42,469 nucleotides of DNA from Nemertoderma westbladi (taxonomy: Eukaryota; Animalia; Xenacoelomorpha), in the NCBI GenBank assembly GCA_032718475.1, contig JAUCBJ010000310.1:1-42469 (forward strand), written 5' to 3'. The translations under genes were made by a program, and so were the position numbers. Position 1 is the stretch's first letter. The number at the start of each line of letters is the position of its first letter. The notes beneath the pieces were generated by a model. The model saw nothing but the letters and a program-made list of their open reading frames with translations. It did no database searches and was not told the origin of the DNA. Below, one piece after another: positions 11,810 through 24,927 of the stretch.

Positions 11810-12072
11810 ATACGAATTGGTTGTCGGCGGCCCTCCAGACAACGCGTTTCGGATAGACCCCGCTTCCGGTCAGATATTCCTCGGGGCGTCTCTCGACCGG
11901 GAGTCACGTGATCTCTACACGATGACAGTGACCGCGTCCAGTCGTCACGGGTTACCGTCGGCACCCGTAGCCATAGCAACCGTTACAGTGCGCGTCACAG
12001 ACGAGAATGACTGTTCGCCAGTATTCGAAAGACAGCAGGTCGACGTTGAACTACCAATGGGGCTGTTACCAG
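11810..12072 (+). CDS. FAT4: Fat exon G (cadherin)
   Basis: tttag|A YELVVGG...LDRESRDLY...DENDCSPVF...LLP G|gttggc. Confidence 0.9.
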
Positions 12073-12393
12073 GTTGGCATAGCAGCCACTGATTACGCAG
12101 TTTGTTTGTCAGGACATTGTAATTAGCAAAGAAGTGTATCATATACCTTGTATGCTTTGCCTACTACAGTATACTATATGCTTGAAAATTCTCTCTCATT
12201 GTTTAATTTATTTTATTGTTATTGTTTGTTTTACTAAGTTTTTGTCTCGAAAAAATTTTTAATTACATAAAATCACCTATTATATTCGTCTCATTAAATT
12301 TGGCGGCTTATAAATATATTATTGTTGTTTTTTCACGTCATTATGTAATTTATATTTATTTTGATGTTAATTTAATTTAATTATATCTCACAG

Positions 12394-12587
12394 GGAAGTA
12401 CGTAGCAGTTGTTACGGCAACTGATGACGACATTGGATACAACGGGATGGTCACCTACGAAATCGAATCGGGAAACGGGAACTATTATCTCGGCCTCGAC
12501 TCTGTAACGGGAGTTGTTACAGTCCAAAATCAAATTCCGAATACCAGTAATGCGCTCCTTCAACTCTTTGTTGTTGCTACCGATAAG
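12394..12587 (+). CDS. FAT4: Fat exon H (cadherin)
   Basis: cacag|GKYVAVVTATDDDIGYNGMVTYEIESGNGN...VVATDK|gtgggc; not in ORF track on +. Confidence 0.88.
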
Positions 12588-13193
12588 GTGGGCAGCTAAA
12601 CTAACACACTAAAATAGTCATTTAGTCTTCAGATGCGTGTATCTCTACCGAATTACTATCTCTTCTCAATGCGAGATTATCAGTTTATGGAAAGGAGCAG
12701 GTTACTGCGGCACGTTATTCCAACTAAAACAATAAACGATAGTCAGTAGTACTGGTCACGGTATAGTTTTTTGAGTATTCGCTGGTATTTGTGTCGATTT
12801 TCCCCTGCAGAGGGATAAATCCTCCACACCCCCCCCCCCCCCCCCCCCCAACTTATCTGTAAAATTGAAGCAAATAACAACTGATTTCGAGACAAACTGA
12901 TGTGTAATAACCTACGATTAACTCTCGTGAATTGTTTTTGTTCGAATAACATGCCACTGTAACCTGTTCCTTTCCATTAATTGTACTTGATATTAATTCG
13001 TCGAGATGGGATTTGCGCTTTATTTTATGAAAATAAACTATTATATTTATAAATCTTAAAAATGCACAAGTTAACATTGAACAAAATGTCAGTCTAAGCA
13101 AAAATTAATGATTTTAGATTTTCTAACAACTGAAATTTATAATTCGAAGTTAATAAATTATTTCATAACTAATAATTAAACCTTTGTCTCCAG

Positions 13194-13643
13194 GGCGATA
13201 CGCCCAGAAGGTCTGCGCCAATCCGTCTCGATGTCCGAACTAGAGACATCGATGTACCGGTGTTCACTAACGGCAACCAGAACACAACCCTCAGCGAGAA
13301 TACACCGGTGGGTACTCCGGTTGCCGCGGTCACCGCCGTCTACAACGGCCAATCAGGGGGCATCGTTTACGGCATAGCAGCTGGTAACCGCGACAACGCC
13401 TTCAGGGTGGATCCCATTCAAGGCGTTGTTCGGGTTGCTGGGCAACTGGATTACGAATCCAATCCGGTACGAGGGCTGTGGATGACAGCGGATTACAACG
13501 GCCTCTCGGGATTCCATTACATCGAGGTTCGACTACTCGATATTAACGACAACTCCCCTGTATTCGCGGAAGATGTTTACTCCGTTGAGTTGAATGAATG
13601 TCACGGTACTTGTAACAACTTCGTCAGTGAGCTCGTTGTTAAG
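13194..13643 (+). CDS. FAT4: Fat exon I (cadherin)
   Basis: tccag|GDTPRRS...LDYES...DINDNSPVF...LVVK|gtgagt. Confidence 0.9.
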
Positions 13644-13973
13644 GTGAGTCACGCGATTGTTCATAGTTTACCTGTTTGTTTATATTAAAATGATATGCAA
13701 ATAATTTAAGGCGTGGGCGATCGGAAATAAATAGTCACGAAATTATTCGAATGTAATTCGTAATATTTCTGCTGAGTTTAACACCCTACTCTGCATAGGA
13801 AACTTTATATTAAAGTAGTAAGTAGGTTATATGTATAAATTGTTACGATTGATTAAATTGTTGTATTTTATTTATTAATTCATAAATTCATAATGTACTT
13901 AATTATTACTATTTTTATTATTATTGTTACTTTATTTCTTATTTATGTTTTCCCGTTTTTCTCTTTCTCTCAG

Positions 13974-16900
13974 GTAAGCGCTTCTGACATGGATTCCATG
14001 GATACGAGTTTAGTCTATTCCTTGGAACCGCCTTTCGACGAAAGTAAATTCCGTATAGACCCACAGGAGGGCGCTATAACCACGGTGTCTGGGTTGGACC
14101 GGGAGGCGACGCCGAGCTACACTCTGCGCGTCGTCGCGCGGGACTCCGCCCAACCCGCGCACTCATCCGTCGCCACGGTCCTCTTGAAAGTCGCGGATAT
14201 TAACGACAATCCTCCCAAGTTTACCCGCCTCTTCCTCGCCGAGGTACCGGAGAACGCCGCTGTGGGCTTCTTCGTCATCTCCATGACGACGACGGATCGC
14301 GATATCGGGAGCAACGCCAAACCCGAGTTCTCTATCGATCCGTCGACGAATCCCGGGGGGAACTTCGTCATCGATCGGGACACCGGGAACGTAACCGTCG
14401 CGAAGAAACTCGACAGGGAAGTCGTCGCCTCCTACCAACTCCAGGTGCAAGCCGACGATAAATCCTGGAACCCCCGCACTCACCTCACTATCAACGTCAT
14501 CGACGTTAATGACTGCGCTCCCGAGTTTACTGAGGATCATTACGAGGGAGAAGTTATCGAAAATCTTCCCGCAGGTGTTCAGATATTAACCATAAAAGCT
14601 GAAGATAAAGATTTAGGTAAAAGTGGAGAAGTTCGTTTTTCCTTGAAATCGATTTCCTCTTACTTTGCTATCGACTCAATAACTGGTGAAATATCCACTA
14701 AGTCGAGGTTGTCCTTCCGACCTCCGGATACGTACAGTCCGTCGGATAATAACCCCAACGTTCACAACATCCGAGTGTTGGCCACGGATAGCGGATCGCC
14801 CGGGTTATCCGCGGAAACTTCGGTGTCTATAACGGTGGTGGACAGCAACGACCACGCTCCGGTGTTCGTTGCTGGGCAACCAGTCTACCACGTGCCGGTA
14901 GACATCGCGGTCGGCGAGGCTGCCTTCACCCTGCTGGCCCAGGACCTTCTCGACTATGGAGACAACACCCGTATTGAGTATTTCGAGCTGCCGGGTGGGA
15001 ACGGTTCGCAGTTCTTCGAGTTCGCGGATCGCGACTCTGGGGTTGTCTCTCTGAGCGCCCCGATCTCCGGCCTCAACGGCGTCTGGCTGGGTGTCTGGGT
15101 CCAGGCCCAGGATTTAGGACGACCACCACAGAAGGCGGAACTCCTCGTTAACGTTGTTGTTATCGGAGAGAATGCTAATTCCCCCCGGTTCAACCAACCC
15201 TTGGGTTATTCCAAACGAGTATCCGAAGGCATTGCGGTTGGGAGTCTCATAAAAACGGTGGAGGCTTTCGATGATGATTCCGACATCAATGGAGTTGTTG
15301 TTTATTCTATTTCCGAGGGGAACGTTGGAGATTCTTTTGCTATCGGTGAGAATTCCGGAGAAATTATAGTTAATAAAGAGTTGGACTATGAGATGTTGCG
15401 GTCCTATAATCTGGCGATTACTGCGTGCGATGGTGGATTAAACCGCCGTTGTTCATCCGTTCCTTTCGTTATCGAGTTAACCGATGTGAACGACTCGCCG
15501 CCGGTGTTCCCCGCTGTTGTCATGGTGACGGAGATTTCGGAGAACCTCCCGCCCGGGACCCTGGTGACCACACTGAACGCAACCGACGCGGATTCGGCGC
15601 CTTTCGGTAACACGATCTACTCGGTGTTGGGTGGCGACGGGTCCGATGTGTTCAGAGTGGACCAACACACAGGTCGCGTGTCCACCAAGGTGTCTTTCGA
15701 CTGCGAGACTAAGAATCGATTCGTTCTGCAACTCTCGGCTACGGATGGAGGAAGCAGCTCGTTGTCGTCCATCGGGAAACTCGTTATAAACATTATCGAT
15801 GTCAACGAGTTTGCTCCAGCGTTTGTCGAATCCGACATGAACTTTGTGGTGAGTGAAGCGGCGCCGGTAGGTCGGTTTATCGGCACCGCGGCGGCAACTG
15901 ACCGCGACGAGGGAGCCGCCCGGGTCATCGAGTACACTCTGGACGGATTCAGTCGGGGTCGCGGCGTAGCGGTCCATCCGTCGAGCGGACAGTTGCGCGT
16001 CGACGGGCCGCTCGACCGGGAACTCGCGCCGCGGTTCGTACTCCTCGTGATCGCGAAGAACCGGGACGGGCTGACCGGGGATCCAATGTTCGACACGGCC
16101 CGGGTTCACATCACCATATCCGACGCCAACGACCCTCCAATCTTCGAGTACTCGATGTACCGGGCTACAGTCAGCGAAGATGTTCCCTCCAACTCGTTCG
16201 TCGTCGCGGTTTCCGCTACAGACCGCGACAATAACCCGGAGTACAATCAGTTCCACTACCAAATCCTAGAAGGAGACGAAAGTAATAAATTTGAAATCGA
16301 AACGAATTCCGGTCGCATTCAAACTGCGGGTTCTTTAGATCGAGAAACCGTGTCTGTATATAATATTACTGTCGGTGCTATCGATTCTATCAACACGGAT
16401 TTGTTTACAACTACCATGGTAACGGTTGCCGTAGACGACGTGGACGACAACCCACCGAGTATCCCGGAGTCGGAACGACACGGTTCGATTTCCGAGAACC
16501 GACCCGTTGATTCCTCGGTGATGCAGCTGCAGCCGGTGGATGACGACAGCGCGGCCCATCGCGGTCCTTATATCTTCCGGATCCTCCAAGGAGGTGTAAA
16601 CTTCCGAGTAAACTCCACCTCAGGACTCATACGATCTCGCGTTGTCTTCGATAGAGAGGTTAAACAGTCCTACCTTGTTCGCATGGAGATCACCAGTGTC
16701 GGGAAACCTTCACAGCAGTGGGTCGGAGATATAACCATCGATATTGACGACGTCAATGACTCCCCGTGCGTCAGCCGACCTCTGTCCGTAACAGTTTCTA
16801 CAATAGGTTCCCGTTTTGTCGCTTCCATAATAGGAGATGTTCACCCCCATGATGAAGACGTCAACAACAACTTCCAGTGCGAAGCCATCAACCGCCCCAA

Positions 16901-17745
16901 CCAACCCGCCTTCACCGTCGTCAATGGTTGCCATCTGCGGAGTCCCACCGTAACCCTAGGATTTGGTGACGTCACATATGACGTTGTCATTCGAGGTAAT
17001 GATGGAATATACCCCGACGTTGAATCCATGGTTACTGTGACTTACGTTTCCTTGTCGTCAGATGTTCTAAACCATTTCGCAATTATTGCTGTTGATGGCG
17101 ACTCTATTAATAGTTTCATGGCGACATATTTGACGCCTTTAAAAAATGTGGCCAATTCAGTTTTCGGTTCCGGCGGTACCTTCAGAATTCTTAATATTTA
17201 CGAAGAATTTAACAAGTTATTGTTGGTTGTTACCGTTGAGACTAGTATTGGCCGGTATATGAATAAGGACGATTTGCGGAACACATTGAATCAAAGACGC
17301 GTTGACTTCGCATCAGCTATTGGATCTCAGATATCTACGGTGGATTACGATCCTTGTTCCATTTCCCCATGCCAACACGATGCTGTTTGTACATCAACTC
17401 TGTTTCCCGGCGACACTTACAATATTCTAGAATCCCCCTCGGTTCTACTAACTCTCTGGAATGTTGCTCGACATTTCTCCTGCGCCTGCGATGGGACGGG
17501 GTTTACCGGCCGTTTCTGCGACATTCCGAATGACCCCTGCGCTAATTGGATGTGCTTCCATGACGGTGTCTGTCGAGCTAAGGACTCCGCCGAAGGTGGT
17601 CCGATGTTCGCATTGTGCGAATGTCGCAATGGCTGGTCCGGGGACCATTGTACCACGAGAGAGGACCACTGCTCCGGTCAGGTATGCAGCAATCGGGGTA
17701 GCTGTTTGTCTAATCTCAATGGATTTCTGTGTCTGTGTGATCCAG
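13974..17745 (+). CDS. FAT4: Fat exon J, 3.77-kb exon (~10 cadherin repeats, linker, EGF1-3)
   Basis: Core of ORF 13893-17798. Pyrimidine tract + cag at 13971-13973; repeated DRE/DYE and DxNDN motifs; Cys-rich EGF repeats; donor G|gtgagt after CLCDP. Confidence 0.93.
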
Positions 17746-17754
17746 GTGAGTACA

Positions 17755-18382
17755 GGTTACATTACGTTTTGTTACTATGTTACATTACATTACCTTAAGT
17801 TATGTTAAGTTACGTAACGTTACATTATGTAAAAACAATAAATACACCAAACAATAACAATGTATATACAGTAGTTATTGTCAAACATAACAAGGATTAC
17901 CTCTAAAGCTTTGCAGCTTATTTCCAAGGGGGTCCTTTATGTTACTTGGTTACAAAAACAATATTATACATTAGACAATCACAATTACTACGCTAACCTA
18001 AAACACGTCACCTTAACATTATGTTGTGTTGCATTAAATTACCTTAAGAACTGTACTTTATGTTACGTTACGGTACGTTACATTACGTTATGTTAAGTTA
18101 CATTACGTTATGTTAAGTTACATTACGTTATGCTAAGTTACATTACGTTATGCTAAGTTACATTACGTTACGTTATGTTAAGTTACATTACGTTATGTTA
18201 AGTTACATTACGTTATGTTAAGTTACATTACGTTATGTTAAGTTACATTACATTACGTTATGTTAAGTTACATTACATTACGTTATGTTAAGTTACATTA
18301 CATTACGTTACGTTATGTTATGTTACATTACCATACGTTACGTTAAGATTCGTTACGTCACGTTACATTATGTCACGTTATT
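17755..18382. repeat. Pentamer-based simple repeat (GTTACATTACGTTATGTTAA 20-mer core at ~18060-18380)
   Basis: Direct reading; looser copies at 17755-17830. Confidence 0.9.
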
Positions 18383-18408
18383 ATTATAACATTTATTTGT
18401 TGTTATAG

Positions 18409-18619
18409 GTTACCATGGCAGCCTGTGCGAGTTGGTTATACAGCCTTGTTCTCCAAACCCGTGTCTAAATGAAGGGATTTGTGACGAAGCCGGCTCAAAG
18501 TACGATTGTGTTTGTCAATTCGGATACTACGGCAACCATTGTCAATATTCGTCGTTAGGGTTCCACGAGATGAGTTACTTGGAGTTGCCGGCTTTGGGCA
18601 GGGCAAACAATGCGATTAG
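18409..18619 (+). CDS. FAT4: Fat exon K (EGF4, start of LamG1)
   Basis: atag|GYHGSLCELVIQPCSPNPCLNEGIC...GFHEMSYLELP...NAI AG|gttggt. Confidence 0.9.
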
Positions 18620-18749
18620 GTTGGTATTATTGGTCGTTTGAGATACGACCCATTGTACAGGTCAGGTACAATATCAGTTAGTAACCTCCCATTGCAAAAG
18701 ACTAGCGTCACCCTGCAGGCATGTCGGGTGAGTCTTACCGGTCACTTAT

Positions 18750-19150
18750 AGTGTTTAAACGGGATCAGACTTTTCGGGATCGGGATCGGGACCGGGATTA
18801 GCAGTCTCGGGATCCCGTTTTTCGGGATCGGGATTGCAATTTTGGAATATGGATTAAATACTTTAAAGTTAATAGTATATGTGGCGGGTTTTGGGTAACA
18901 GTAACTTTATCTTAAACTTCTGAAATAATAGTAAGATAAAGTAATAATAGTAAGATAAAGTTATATTAAATTCGATATAATGAAAACATTTTCGTTCTGC
19001 TGGAACTATTTTTCAGATATTCAGCAAATTTACTTAACTATAAATATATTTCGGGATCCCGTTCCAAAAAAAGTGGGAATCGGGACAGGGATTGCAGTTT
19101 TCGCTGGGATCCCGGTTTTTCGGGATCGGGATCGGGGTCCCCGTCACGTG
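18750..19150. mobile_element. Non-autonomous element/repeat rich in CGGGAT(C) subterminal motifs
   Basis: Two clusters of TCGGGATCGGGAT / GGGATCCCG (18760-18840 and 19050-19143) around an AT-rich spacer; termini not defined. Confidence 0.45.
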
Positions 19151-19564
19151 GTAACTTGATAAATAAGTAGGTTGCGTTTCTATCTTAATAATAGTTTATG
19201 TTGAACTCGGTTTGTGTTTGATGGTTTCTGATTGTAACAGGTAATTTGTTAATACATACTTTATCGGTATTGGAGTCATATATTAGTCTATTCGTGAATA
19301 AAATTGAAATTTTAAATACAATTAGATTAAATTATTTGATAAGTTTATACTTTCTGTATTAAACTTATATTGATATTGATCAATATGATTAATAATAATA
19401 ATAATAATAAATACATAATTATCCTGTAATGTTAATTAATTAAGGAAATTTTAATAATGTTTAACATCTAATGAATAATTAATTCAAATAAATTTAAATT
19501 AATGTATTTAATTTTATCATTTCTTATTTATCAAGTAATTATTTATTTAACTTCCCGTTTCTAG

Positions 19565-19727
19565 AGTGGAATTTGCTACGCGTTCTTCTGACGGTCTAGT
19601 ATTCTACAACCACGACGACCGCACGGGTCCACTCTCAGCGTTCGTTGCCTTGGAGATAATTAATTCTCGTCTCCATTTATCGGCCAATTTGGGATCTGGA
19701 ATTGAAACTATTTCCTTGGAAACGGAG
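19565..19727 (+). CDS. FAT4: Fat exon L (LamG1)
   Basis: ctag|A VEFATRSSDGLVFYN...FVALEI...NLGSG...ETE|gtacgc. Confidence 0.9.
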
Positions 19728-19829
19728 GTACGCAAGACAAGACAACTCTGCCCTTTATAACTATTTGTAACATTTTTAATTAAATAAACTAATAATGAAT
19801 ACAGAATACGTCAAATATCAGCCGCACTA

Positions 19830-20340
19830 CTAGGATGCATTGTCGGTCGTTGTCTGGGCAACGCAACACCTTCATAGTCTGCGATCAGCCAAGAATTATC
19901 GAGATCGTGTCTTTTTGGAGACGTTTGAGGAATGGAATTGCTCAAGTGCTGACCACCACGTTCCACCTCGCCTACCAGTTGCCATAGAATAAAGTCATGT
20001 AGATGCTGATCAGTTCGGCGATGGGAATGGCGTTAAGACTCATCCGTCGTTCCTGCAGGGTGATGCTAGGTTTTATGTGGGATAAGAATTTACTACACAT
20101 ATTGTACATGTATTGTACATGCGTTGCTTGAGAAAGCATTGCATCTTAAACCATTAACACTTGCCTAGCATCATAGTGTTGTGTATGTACAGTACAATCT
20201 ATGCGCATGCGATATACAATAGCGTCATAAAGCAGCACAGACTCTACTGCCGCCCGGAATAAATTGTAAGGTTGATTCGAAGTAATTTTCCATGTATCCT
20301 TTACTAATTTATTGAATGCAGACCATGGACCTTCCATGCT
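19830..20340 (-). mobile_element. Degraded RTE-like LINE 3' fragment
   Basis: WSAFNKL...LFRAAVESVLLY and, after frameshifts, LQERRM...HRRTDQHLHDFILWQ; parallels the copy at 30575-31110. Confidence 0.65.
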
Positions 20341-20800
20341 ACATGTTATAACTGCTGAGTAATATTTGTAATTTATTATTGGTGTTATGGGCGAATGAGT
20401 GGTTTCATATTATTATAACTTATTGTTGGGCACAACTTTTGCAAAGTCGGCATTGACGTCCAGGTGGGTAATATTTGAGCACCCATCCAATGTTTCTGAT
20501 TTTTAACACAGAGTCGAACTCCCTAAAGTGTATATTATAGTAGGATATTTACCATTAATGTAATTTACTAATATTCCATTTATTTATAGTTATGGTTAGG
20601 TAAATTATGGTTAATTTTGCTTAACGTCCACCCGGTACTATTATCTACAATATTTGTTTAAACTGGTTTACCTTCTTCTATCTACAGTACGCCACCTGCA
20701 TGCATTTGCACCAGTGAAAAATATTATTGGTGTGGTTATCTAAAATTACCGAATTATTATTGGTGACGTCATCTAAAATTACCGATATATTACGTCACAG

Positions 20801-20928
20801 GTTTCTGAAGGCGGATGGCATTCCGTGGAAGTTATCCAATCTGACGGAATCTGGACGATCGTTGCTGATTCCTGCAATCAACCGCACACCAGTCGGAAGT
20901 GTTCCGCTCACTTGGGATCTAAATTCAG
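20801..20928 (+). CDS. FAT4: Fat exon M (LamG1)
   Basis: cacag|VSEGGWHSVEV...DSC...C...KF AG|gtacac. Confidence 0.87.
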
Positions 20929-21227
20929 GTACACAAATAGTAAATATAGAACCTACACCGTGACGTCATTAATCCGTCACCAACCGTACAGCATTTTTAC
21001 ACTCACAAAATATTGTATACTTGGGTCCTTGTATCACAAAAATAGTGAAGAAATGTGTAGTTTCGTCATTGAAATAAAGTTAATAGTATAATAATGTAAT
21101 AATATTGAGCAAACAGGTTTACTATCTTTCATATAATTTTACCAATTCAAATAGAAAACAAAGCGGCATGAAACTACCGCTTTCGTTCACTAATGTTACT
21201 TTCTATCGCTAAATTATTTGCAGAAAG

Positions 21228-21313
21228 TGCGAAATGTTAGCTTAGTCGTCAGAGCGCAGGAGCTGGCCATTAGTTACTGGGTTCGAGACGCAGTCGCCGC
21301 AGTAGCATTTTTT
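21228..21313 (+). mobile_element. tRNA-derived SINE head / tRNA pseudogene
   Basis: A-box TAGCTTAGTCG, D-stem GCTT/GAGC, B-box GGTTCGAGAC in an imperfect T-stem, TGCG...CGCA ends and a T-run terminator. No proper anticodon stem, so not a functional tRNA. Confidence 0.5.
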
Positions 21314-21852
21314 GTATAGTAAATTTTCTTAAAATCTGACCCATTTATTAGGCTTAGAATCACATAATATTGTATTTTTGCTGTGTAAGATCGGCTGAAT
21401 AACGCATTTCATACTTCAGAGTTCAGACCTTGATGTAATAGCTTATATTGCATCGGTTAAATACAATTTAGATATTTGGTAATTATTTATTACATAATAA
21501 AGAATAATTCGTAAAAATATTATATTATAATGGCAATTATAACTTTAATTTTTGTTAATCTTATTAATTTTATAACTTGTAATTTCGTCCAGGTAGACCT
21601 ACTACAACGTCAGCTGCTACACTGCTATACCTAAAATGTAAATGCAATTTGAAATTCAGAATTCTGCCATCGTGTATTGAGTATTTCTTTCGATCGCATT
21701 TTAAGAACCTGCAAACTCGTGCAGAAATAAATACACTCGGACAGAATAATTGTTTTAGTCACAAAATGTGATGTTATTGAAGAACATTACCTATATCAAA
21801 CTCTTTTGGTGTTTATTTTTTATTAATAATTTTTACTATTTTTCTCTTGTAG

Positions 21853-22011
21853 TCATTTCAACATGCGAGGGGTTTACCTCAGTGTGGGTGGATTGCGGTC
21901 ATTGAGTTCGTTGGTGTCCAGACCTGGTCACGTGACCAATTACCAGTTCATTGGCTGCTTGAGGAAACTCGATATCAACGGTCAATCCATTACATTGGAT
22001 ATGGTGTTAAG
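21853..22011 (+). CDS. FAT4: Fat exon N (LamG1 end)
   Basis: tgtag|T HFNMRGVYLSVGGLRSL...RPGHVTNYQFIGCLRKLDING...VL AG|gtaaat; not in ORF track. Confidence 0.9.
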
Positions 22012-22354
22012 GTAAATAAAATAAATAGTGCTAATTAGCAGTAGTGTGGTGCTAGCTAGTACATGGCTGTCATTGTGATAAAACATAACAAGGGTGAATC
22101 TAGTGTTAAATAAAGGGTGCAACGCTATAAAGTGAGCTGTTACTTATAAAACTATGTTCGGAATTTTCACCAGTTACTGTACATCAAATCGACTTTTTGC
22201 TGTTCTATTATTTTTTTAATCCGGCATTTGTATTTGTGGCGACTATCTTAACAACCCAAAAGGTTTATTTTGTAAATATTTACACTTGTTACTTTTTATG
22301 TGATTAGATTTTATAATACTCATTTGTGCAGCTGCTGTTATATTTTTTGTTCAG

Positions 22355-22497
22355 GAGTGAAGGTGTAATTCCATCCTGCAATCCGATTGGTCAGGGCTGT
22401 TCGATGAATCATTGTGGTGTTGGTACCTGTCGGGATGATTGGACACACCTATCGTGTCAGTGTCCAGTTGGAAAGTCCGGGGATACATGCGGAAAGT
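22355..22497 (+). CDS. FAT4: Fat exon O (EGF5)
   Basis: ttcag|G SEGVIPSC...CSMNHCGVGTCRDDWTHLSCQCPVGKSGDTCGK T|gtaagt. Confidence 0.9.
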
Positions 22498-22561
22498 GTA
22501 AGTCTATGCATTATACGTATTATTTACAAGGTGATGGAGGCCTAACAGTCAAAAACTTATA

Positions 22562-23489
22562 CATCATGACCCGCAATATAGTGTCATTTTCTGATGACAC
22601 GGACCCCCCCCCCCCCCCCCCCCCCCAGTTTTTTTATAAATCTTTATCATATTGCTTGAAATTAGAAACACAACTAGTTCAACTCACCGTGGTTGTTACC
22701 ATGAAGCCGGAATTTTCTATTTCGCCTTAAAAATTTTTTTATAAACGTTTTAAAAAAGTGTCTTTTGCGAAATTGCACATCTCCTATCATCCCCATTCTT
22801 CACATTAACTTCGCTTTATAGATATCATTAAAAAGCTTGCGTTCCAAGGATTCCAAATATGTAACAATGTTTGCATTTCGTTGAGAAACAGCTGAGAAAT
22901 AGGCGTTCAAAGATTGCAAGAATTAAAAGATTGCAAGAATTATTGTTCGCTGCAGGCCATTTATTCTATTTAATAAATACACAATATTCTAGAACAATTT
23001 GTTTATGTATTATTAGCTAGGCAATATAGATATTGTTTAGGCATACCGCTGTTGTCCACCAACTCATAAAATAAATAACACGTTCTAGAATTTTGTGTAT
23101 TTATTAAATAGAATAAATGGCCTGTAGCGAACAATAATTCTTGCAATCTTTGAACGCCTATTTCTCAGCTGTTTCTCAACGAAATTCAAACATTGTTACA
23201 TATTTGGAATCCTTGGAACGCAAGCTTTTTAATGATATCTATAAAGCGAAGTTAATGTGAAGAATGGCGATGATTGGAGATGTGCAATTTCGCAAAAGAC
23301 ACTTTTTTAAAACGCTTATAAAAAATTTTTTAAGGCGAAATAGAAAATTCCGGCTTCATGGGGTCATCGACGGTGAGTGGAACTAGTTGTGTTTCTAATT
23401 CCAAGCAATATGATAAAGATTTGTAGAAAAATCTGGGGGGGGGGGGGTCCGTGTCATCAGAAAATGACACTATATTACGGGTCATGGTG
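22562..23489. mobile_element. Foldback MITE (Tc1/mariner-like, TA TSD), ~930-bp near-palindrome
   Basis: TA|CATCATGACCCGCAATATAGTGTCATTTTCTGATGACACGGACCCC... vs ...GGGGTCCGTGTCATCAGAAAATGACACTATATTACGGGTCATGGTG|TA; arms pair over ~440 bp. Confidence 0.88.
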
Positions 23490-24214
23490 TATATAAAAAA
23501 TATGCAGTCGAAATCTATTTCTACTAAATATTCAAATTCAGAGAGATTAGGAGGGGGGGGGTAACTACCGAATTTAATGGAGATTTCAAATCTTCAGCCC
23601 GCTTTCTCATATATTTTCTCAAACTCGAGTTATTAGCCAAAACGTAAGAGCTAGTCGGACTTTCGACAATCCTTCGAGCAGCACGATATTTTACAATTGA
23701 ATAAGGCTCTCACGGTACAGATAAATAAAATTGCTTAAAAGTTGGTTTATTAGGTATATTTTTTAGCAAGGATGAGCAAGAAGGTTTAATTGTTCCTTAA
23801 ACTTTAAACACGGTATATCTCAGATGACATTTTTCATGAAAAAGTATATTTCTCAGTTTCTAATTTTAACTTAAATAAGTTGAAATTTAATACACTTGTT
23901 CAGAATGCCTTTATCCACAATTCTTCTGAACGATTTGGCAGAAAATGCTCTGAGGTCGTTTAGATCAAAAAGGCCAAAAAATAACCCATTTTGGGCCCCT
24001 TTTGTTCTAAAATCGCCTCGGTCGGTCCATTTTCAAGGAAAAACGTTCAAAAGAATTGGATGCAGGGTTTTTCTGAACTTATATTCGAAATTTCGAGAAA
24101 TTTGAACTAATATTAACGGAGAAATAGCCCTTTGGCGCGAACAGGCACTTTTGGCTATTACAGACCGATTTTGTCTAATTAAAAAAAAATTGGCTCATAA
24201 CCTTTAAGAATCAA

Positions 24215-24750
24215 GTCCCCTCCCTACAGACTCTACCGAGTATACTACCGGAGTGAATGCTGCTCTTCGAGCTTCGCACGATTCTCTATGCTTTGCGGCT
24301 TTCTCATTCTCATCCTCTGCAAGCAGAACCCTAGTCCCTAGTAGGCGGGCTACAGTAACTCCGGACGTCGAGGTACATCATCTTAAAATCGAACAACGCC
24401 TCGGTTTGTGGTCGCCGAACCCCCTGGGTACTCGTAGATCAGCCCGTAATCCTGGGTCATCATTCTCGTCAACAGTTTGCCCAATAATTTGCTCTTTCTG
24501 AACATCAGGGTATAGACTAATGCGGCAAAGTCTCCATGTGCACCCCTGATCTTGTTGTGGAATCGAATGACAAGCCACCTGTTCTACAGTTTAGTGACTG
24601 ATCCAAAGTTTACTGTTCCCGCATCCATCGCACTTCTCTGTCAACCGTATTGGTAGTGCATACCTAAGTGCTATGCTATCATGGAACTCCTCAGCTGAGA
24701 GGTCAAACTGATTGCCCTCAATGAGCATTACAGTTAGACAGACAGCCGCC
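24215..24750 (-). mobile_element. Fossil CRE-like non-LTR retrotransposon (C-terminal Zn finger + restriction-like endonuclease)
   Basis: Joining frames gives LTVMLIEGNQFDLSAEEFHDSIALRY...CDGCG...LNCRTGG-VIRFHNKIR...DVQKE...RADLRV-RGF-RPQTEALFD...SY...ENEKAAKHRESCEARRAAFTPVVYS, the CCHC + RHN + D..D..E.K layout of REL-endonuclease LINEs. Confidence 0.75.
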
Positions 24751-24927
24751 TCTCAACTGTGCCTTCAACTGCCCCTGCCTTAACAGGATTGCTTTACTTT
24801 CACTTTACGTTACTTTTACTTTCTTTTTCGTTACGTCGACTAATTCATCATACCAGGTCTTTGAGGCGGTTCTTTTGAGCCCAGCAGTGTCTTTTTGACT
24901 GGGCGACCTTTAATTTAATCAATATTC

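Noticed and set aside
12690-12740. GGAAAGGAGCAGGTTAC...AAAACAATAAA motif, also at ~37617 and partly ~30080
   Set aside because: Ordinary short dispersed repeat fragment; family cannot be assigned.
13893-13973. Hydrophobic 'signal peptide' at the start of the 1301-aa ORF, suggesting a standalone cadherin
   Set aside because: It is the T-rich intron end/polypyrimidine tract; exon I splices in frame at 13974. The ORF's C-terminal tail past 17745 is likewise intron.
14117-17808. Many antisense and alternative-frame ORFs over exon J (e.g. 261 aa at 15477-16262)
   Set aside because: Expected shadows of GC-rich coding sequence; no motifs.
21228-21301. Functional tRNA gene
   Set aside because: Acceptor and anticodon stems do not pair properly; kept only as SINE-like or pseudogene.
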